Shown here in pieces: positions 59,844 to 64,000 of a stretch of 64,000 bases of DNA. Location: positions 1 through 64,000 of the forward strand of contig OZ241883.1 of NCBI GenBank assembly GCA_965203445.1. Reading direction: 5' to 3'. Source of the DNA: Candidatus Oxydemutator sp. GTDB lineage: Bacteria > Pseudomonadota > Gammaproteobacteria > Poriferisulfidales > Oxydemutatoraceae. The position numbers and the translations under genes are program-made. The notes below the pieces were generated by a model. The model was not told the DNA's origin, made no database searches, and was given only the letters and a program-made list of their open reading frames with translations. Within the stretch, counting starts at the first letter, position 1; each line of letters opens with the position of its first letter.

Positions 59844-60076
59844 TTCCGGTTGGCGTCGCGTGCGCGCAAAATATCGGACGGGCGGACGCGGCTTCCGGCC
59901 GCGGCCTTGCGCTCGCGTATTTCATACAACAGCGTCTCGATAGCAGGGCGGGAGGCAATCCGCTCCAACTCGCAAAGAAGAAATTCCTGCATGGATTGGC
60001 GTTTGAATGCCGCTCGCGCCGCGATTTCGTCGCGCACCTGCTCGGGAACGCCGCGCACTGTAATTTGCACTGGCAT
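59840..60076 (-). CDS. Ribbon-helix-helix antitoxin (FitA-like)
   Basis: MPVQITVRGVPEQVRDEIAARAAFKRQSMQEFL; overlaps the toxin start. Confidence 0.8.
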   Translation of the reverse strand: MPVQITVRGVPEQVRDEIAARAAFKRQSMQEFLLCELERIASRPAIETLLYEIRERKAAAGSRVRPSDILRARDANRK

Positions 60077-60121
60077 GAAAGCATTATGAGATTGACGAAG
60101 GCATTTTGCAAACATATGGAT

Positions 60122-60158
60122 GGGGCGGTTCAGTCTCCGAAAAACACGGGGCGGTTCA
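60122..60158 (-). mobile_element. Solo IS3 end with partial tandem copy
   Basis: ggggcggttca followed by gtctccgaaaaacacggggcggttca, identical to the IS end at 50954-50979. Confidence 0.85.
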
Positions 60159-60326
60159 GGAGAGGGTTGGGGCGAGGGCTGTTCAGGGCCGTTGCATAAC
60201 TTGGCACCCTCACCCGGCCTACGGCCACCCTCTCCCAGAGGGAGAGGGTTTCAATCGTGTAAAATCGCAATTCTGGCAGCGGGCTGCCGCCGGGTCGCGG
60301 CCCGGCAGACCATTACGGAATAAGAC

Positions 60327-60713
60327 ATGGGAAGAATAGTAACCACCGTCAATATCCAAAACCTTGCTTCGGAAGGAAAATCAAAAAGAATGGATATTCT
60401 TGTGGATACCGGAGCAAGTTATCTGACCCTTCCTCTGGCCTGGAAAGAGGATTTTGGATCGTTCGACACGGAGGAAACGGTTGACTTGCAAACTGCCACT
60501 CAGGAAGTTGTGCGAGGTGTTGTGTGCGGCCCGGTCAAGATACAGGTGGAAGGATTCAGGGCTATTCATAATGAAGTGCTTTTCCTGGATAGGAAACCGA
60601 ATGGAGGCGAGTACGAACCGCTGCTCGGCTATATTGTTTTGGAACAATCCGGGGTGGCCGTTGACAGGATTGGACACAGGCTGATTCCGCTTACGTATAT
60701 GGATCTTAAATGA
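60327..60713 (+). CDS. Clan AA (retropepsin-like) aspartic protease
   Basis: ILVDTGAS, PLLG...LE. Confidence 0.8.
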   Translation: MGRIVTTVNIQNLASEGKSKRMDILVDTGASYLTLPLAWKEDFGSFDTEETVDLQTATQEVVRGVVCGPVKIQVEGFRAIHNEVLFLDRKPNGGEYEPLLGYIVLEQSGVAVDRIGHRLIPLTYMDLK

Positions 60714-60746
60714 CGAGGCGTACGGGGCTTGCACTAAGGGCTTGCG

Positions 60747-61895
60747 TTGATCAATGACCGTATCATGCTTGTCGCCGGCGAGGCTTCGGGGGATGAGCAC
60801 GCGGCGCGCCTGATACGGCGCTTGCGCGAGAGTGGCGATTGCGAATGCTTCGGCATGGGCGGGGGCGCGATGAGGGACGCGGGGGCGCGGCTGCTGGTGG
60901 ACTCGACGGCGTTGGCGGTGGTCGGCATCGTCGAGGTCATCCGTTATTACCCGGCGTTGCGGCGCGCGTTTCGGACGCTGGTTCGGGCCTTGCGGCGCGA
61001 GCGCCCGGCACTGCTGGTGCTGGTGGATTATCCGGAGTTCAATCTGCGGCTTGCGCGCGTCGCCTCCCGCCTCGGCGTTCCGGTTTTGTTCTATATCGCG
61101 CCGCAGGCGTGGGCGTGGCGGCGCGGGCGCGTCAAAAAAATCCGCCGGCGCGTCAGCCGGCTTGCGGTGATCCTGCCGTTCGAGCGGGCGTTCTTTGAAC
61201 AACACGGGATTGCGGCGGATTACGTCGGCCATCCGCTGGTCGAGGACGTCGCGCGCTGGGAGAGCGCGAACGACGCGCCACCGGCGCCCGCGCGCTCGCG
61301 CAAAAGCAAGACCGTGCTGCTGCTGCCCGGCAGCCGGCGCGGCGAGGTCGAGCGGCTGCTGCCGGCGTTTTGCGGCGCGGCGGAGAGATTGACGCGGCGC
61401 CTCGGCGGCCTGGTCGCCTTCCGCGTGCTGCGCGCCCCCAGCATCGGCGAAGAGATGATCGCACCGCTGCTGAATCAAGACCGTTTCGACTGCCGCTTGG
61501 CGGACGGCGGCACCTACGCGGAAATGCGGCGCGCCGACGCCGCGATCAGCGCGACCGGCACCGCGATCCTGCAACTCGCGCTGTGCGGGACGCCCGCGGT
61601 CGGCGTCTATAAACTGTCGCCGCCGACATACTTCCTGGCCAAGCGCCTGGTCAAGGTGCCGCACGCAAGCCTTGTCAACATCATTGGCGGCAAGGCGGTC
61701 ATCCCCGAACTGCTGCAAGAGGCGGCGACGCCGCAGGCTATTTGCGGCGAGACCTATAACCTGCTGACGAACGAGAGCAGGCGGCGCGACATGCTGCAAG
61801 GCTACGGCGAAGTCCGCCGGAAACTCGGCGAAAGGCGCGCGTCGGAAAGGCTTGCGGAAATTGTGCGGGAGATGATCGAGGCGACAAAGCGCTGA
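60747..61895 (+). CDS. lpxB: Lipid-A-disaccharide synthase
   Basis: AGEASGD, DYPEFN, YIAPQAWAWR, VGHPL, LLPGSR. Confidence 0.95.
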   Translation: MINDRIMLVAGEASGDEHAARLIRRLRESGDCECFGMGGGAMRDAGARLLVDSTALAVVGIVEVIRYYPALRRAFRTLVRALRRERPALLVLVDYPEFNLRLARVASRLGVPVLFYIAPQAWAWRRGRVKKIRRRVSRLAVILPFERAFFEQHGIAADYVGHPLVEDVARWESANDAPPAPARSRKSKTVLLLPGSRRGEVERLLPAFCGAAERLTRRLGGLVAFRVLRAPSIGEEMIAPLLNQDRFDCRLADGGTYAEMRRADAAISATGTAILQLALCGTPAVGVYKLSPPTYFLAKRLVKVPHASLVNIIGGKAVIPELLQEAATPQAICGETYNLLTNESRRRDMLQGYGEVRRKLGERRASERLAEIVREMIEATKR

Positions 61896-62020
61896 ATGAA
61901 GCCCTTTTCCAGAGACTGGTCGTTTCCAGGGGTCAATTATGCTTGCCATAGTATTACCTCGTGTTTGCCCGGGTGTTCATCGAACAACCGGCCATTTACA
62001 TCCTAACCTCATGTTCAGTA

Positions 62021-62260
62021 TGTATATTTTCCGGGATTTTTTGTATATATTTCTCGGACATGTTAAAAAAGTATATGCTTTCTGAAAACATGTATAATTT
62101 TTTGGACTTTTTGTACGTATTTCTTGGATATGTTAAGAAATTGTATGCTTTGGAGGAACGTGTATAATTTTTTGGACTTTTTGTATATGTTTCTCGGACG
62201 TGTTAAAAATGTGTACGCTTTCTGAAAACATGTATAATTTCTGAGTTTTTTTATACATAT
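62021..62260. repeat. AT-rich 70-bp tandem repeat (~3.4 copies) upstream of fic
   Basis: tgtata recurs at 62021, 62091, 62161 and 62231 with conserved intervening sequence. Confidence 0.85.
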
Positions 62261-62284
62261 CTCCTCGAAAAAGCCGAGAAACCT

Positions 62285-63394
62285 ATGAGATCAAACACCC
62301 TCGACCCCGACCGCCCCTATAACGAGTTGCCCCCGTTGCCTCCCGCACGAGACCTCGAGACGCCCGCCATCCTGAAGGCGTGCACCCGGGCCGCCCGCGC
62401 GTTGGCGGAGCTGAAGGGAGTCTCACGCCAACTTCCCGACCCCAGAATATTATTGATCATGCTGCCCCTGCAGGAAGCCCGCAGCAGTTCGGCGATTGAA
62501 AACATCATTACGACCACGGACAAGCTTTTCCGCGCAAGCGCGTTGGACGACGCAAACGCGGACCCCAGCACAAAAGAAGTGCTTCGTTACCGCCAGGCAA
62601 TGGACGTCGGAGAACGGCTACTCAAAAAAAACGACTTGCTCACGACCCGCCTGCTGGAGGGAGTCTGCTCGATTCTGCTCAGCAGGGAAATGCGCGTACG
62701 CGCCGTGCCGGGCACAAAACTGAAAAACGCAAATACCGGAGAAACAATCTCCACGCCGCCGGAGGGAGAAGACCACCTGAGAAAATTGCTGGCCAATCTG
62801 GAGAAGTTCATACACGACTATGCGCACGCCGATCCGCTGATCAAAATGGGCGTCATCCACTACCAGTTCGAGGCGATCCATCCGTTCCACGACGGCAACG
62901 GGCGCACCGGGCGCATCCTGAACATCCTGTATCTGATGCAGAACAAACTGCTGCATCTGCCGATTCTGTATCTGAGCCGCTACTTCATCGAAAACCGCCG
63001 TGGCTATTACCACAACCTCGGCCAGGTCACGCGCACCGGAGAGTGGCAGCCGTGGATCCTGTATATGCTGAAGGCGGTGGAGGAGACGGCGCGGCAGACT
63101 TCGGATCAGATAGAGGAAATAGACGCTCTTTTCCGCGAACGCCTGGAGCAGGCCAAGGCGCGGGTGGGCGGCGCGCACGCGAAAGAAATGCTGGAGTTGG
63201 TGTTCACCAGACCATACATCCGGATCAAAACCGTAGCGGAGCACCTCGGCATCTCCAGGCAGACGGCGCGAAAATATCTACAGAAGTGGGCCGACGCCGA
63301 ACTGCTGACCAGCGAGAAAAGCGGGCGCGACCTTTTGTTCATCAACGATGCCTTGATGAAACTGTTCCTGGAAGAGGGAGAACAAGCGATCTGA
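62285..63394 (+). CDS. Fic-family protein with C-terminal HTH
   Basis: PYNELP, SSAIENI, HPFHDGNGRTGR, C-terminal SRQTARKYL. Confidence 0.92.
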   Translation: MRSNTLDPDRPYNELPPLPPARDLETPAILKACTRAARALAELKGVSRQLPDPRILLIMLPLQEARSSSAIENIITTTDKLFRASALDDANADPSTKEVLRYRQAMDVGERLLKKNDLLTTRLLEGVCSILLSREMRVRAVPGTKLKNANTGETISTPPEGEDHLRKLLANLEKFIHDYAHADPLIKMGVIHYQFEAIHPFHDGNGRTGRILNILYLMQNKLLHLPILYLSRYFIENRRGYYHNLGQVTRTGEWQPWILYMLKAVEETARQTSDQIEEIDALFRERLEQAKARVGGAHAKEMLELVFTRPYIRIKTVAEHLGISRQTARKYLQKWADAELLTSEKSGRDLLFINDALMKLFLEEGEQAI

Positions 63395-63440
63395 TCCGGG
63401 GATCACTCCCTGCCCGCCGCCCGCCGCCCGCGCCCGCCGC

Positions 63441-64000
63441 TCAGCGAGACGCCGGCGGGGTGCCGTCGCCCAGATGCACCGTCGTCGTCGGAAACGCGAT
63501 CTCGGCGCCTTGCCGTTCGATCACGTCGTGCACCTTCAACAAAACGTCCTGCTTGACCTCGTGGAACTTCGCCCAATCGGTGGTCTTCGTATAGACGTAG
63601 ATCAGGATGTCCACCGACGAGGCGGAAAACTCGTCGAGATTGACGATGACGACCTTGTCCGTATCAATCTCGGGGTGCCCGCGCAGCATTTGTTTGACGC
63701 CCTCGGCGATGGCCGCCACTTTGGCGACGTCGTCGTAGCGCACGCCGACCGCCTCGTTGATGCGGCGGTGGCTCATGCGCGACGGGTTCTCGACGGCGAC
63801 GTTGGCGAACACCGAATTGGGCACGTAGAGCGGACGCTGATCGAAGGTGCGGATGCGCGTAAGCCGCCAGCCGATGTTCTCCACGGTGCCCTCTATGTCG
63901 CGGTCGGGCGAGCGGATCCAGTCGCCTTCGGTGAACGGGCGGTCCAAGTAGATCATCAGGCCGCCGAAGAAGTTGGCCAGCAGATCCTTGGCCGCGAAGC
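63441..64000 (-). CDS. MscS-family mechanosensitive channel, C-terminal part
   Basis: NFFGGLMIYLDRPF..GDWI, GTVENIGWRLT, VPNS, EIAFPT; runs off window. Confidence 0.9.
   Translation of the reverse strand, partial: FAAKDLLANFFGGLMIYLDRPFTEGDWIRSPDRDIEGTVENIGWRLTRIRTFDQRPLYVPNSVFANVAVENPSRMSHRRINEAVGVRYDDVAKVAAIAEGVKQMLRGHPEIDTDKVVIVNLDEFSASSVDILIYVYTKTTDWAKFHEVKQDVLLKVHDVIERQGAEIAFPTTTVHLGDGTPPASR

Noticed and set aside
43845-60250. Integron cassette array (REP-like units as attC sites)
   Set aside because: No integron integrase; the palindromes lack consistent RYYYAAC/GTTRRRY ends.
62021-62260. Possible CRISPR array, replication origin, or the 68-aa ORF 61961-62167
   Set aside because: The whole 70-bp unit is conserved (no spacers); no DnaA boxes or rep gene noticed; the ORF merely translates the repeat.

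Overview
GC-rich backbone that looks gammaproteobacterial: alaS (partial), ybbP/ybbA/tesA, comEC, lolD/lolC-E, complete ccmABCDEFGHI, napC-like + fccAB-type sulfide dehydrogenase, mfd, csiV-like, gltX, pgpA, dnaE, rnhB, lpxB and a partial mscS-family gene. Three accessory blocks interrupt it. (1) An orphan DNA methyltransferase with a collapsed partner gene, flanked by a duplication of the ybbA/tesA junction. (2) A 1371-bp element inserted in the last codons of mfd that encodes only an intact-looking TnpB. It is bounded by 25-bp terminal inverted repeats and an 8-bp target-site duplication, i.e. DDE/IS1595-like ends rather than IS200/IS605 ends. This is my best candidate for an undescribed system. 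(3) A ~27-kb defence/accessory island (33.9-60.7 kb) with a Ubl + E2-like + JAB-E1 fusion operon under divergent XRE/ImmA regulators, Type III and Type I RM, FRG-TPR and pure-TPR genes, DUF1640-like coiled-coil paralogs, an IS3 element, a KAP NTPase and a VapBC-type pair, all punctuated by REP-like palindromes and recombination scars; a Fic gene with an upstream 70-bp repeat array follows lpxB. No rRNA, tRNA or CRISPR array was seen. All calls come from reading motifs by eye; no searches were run.
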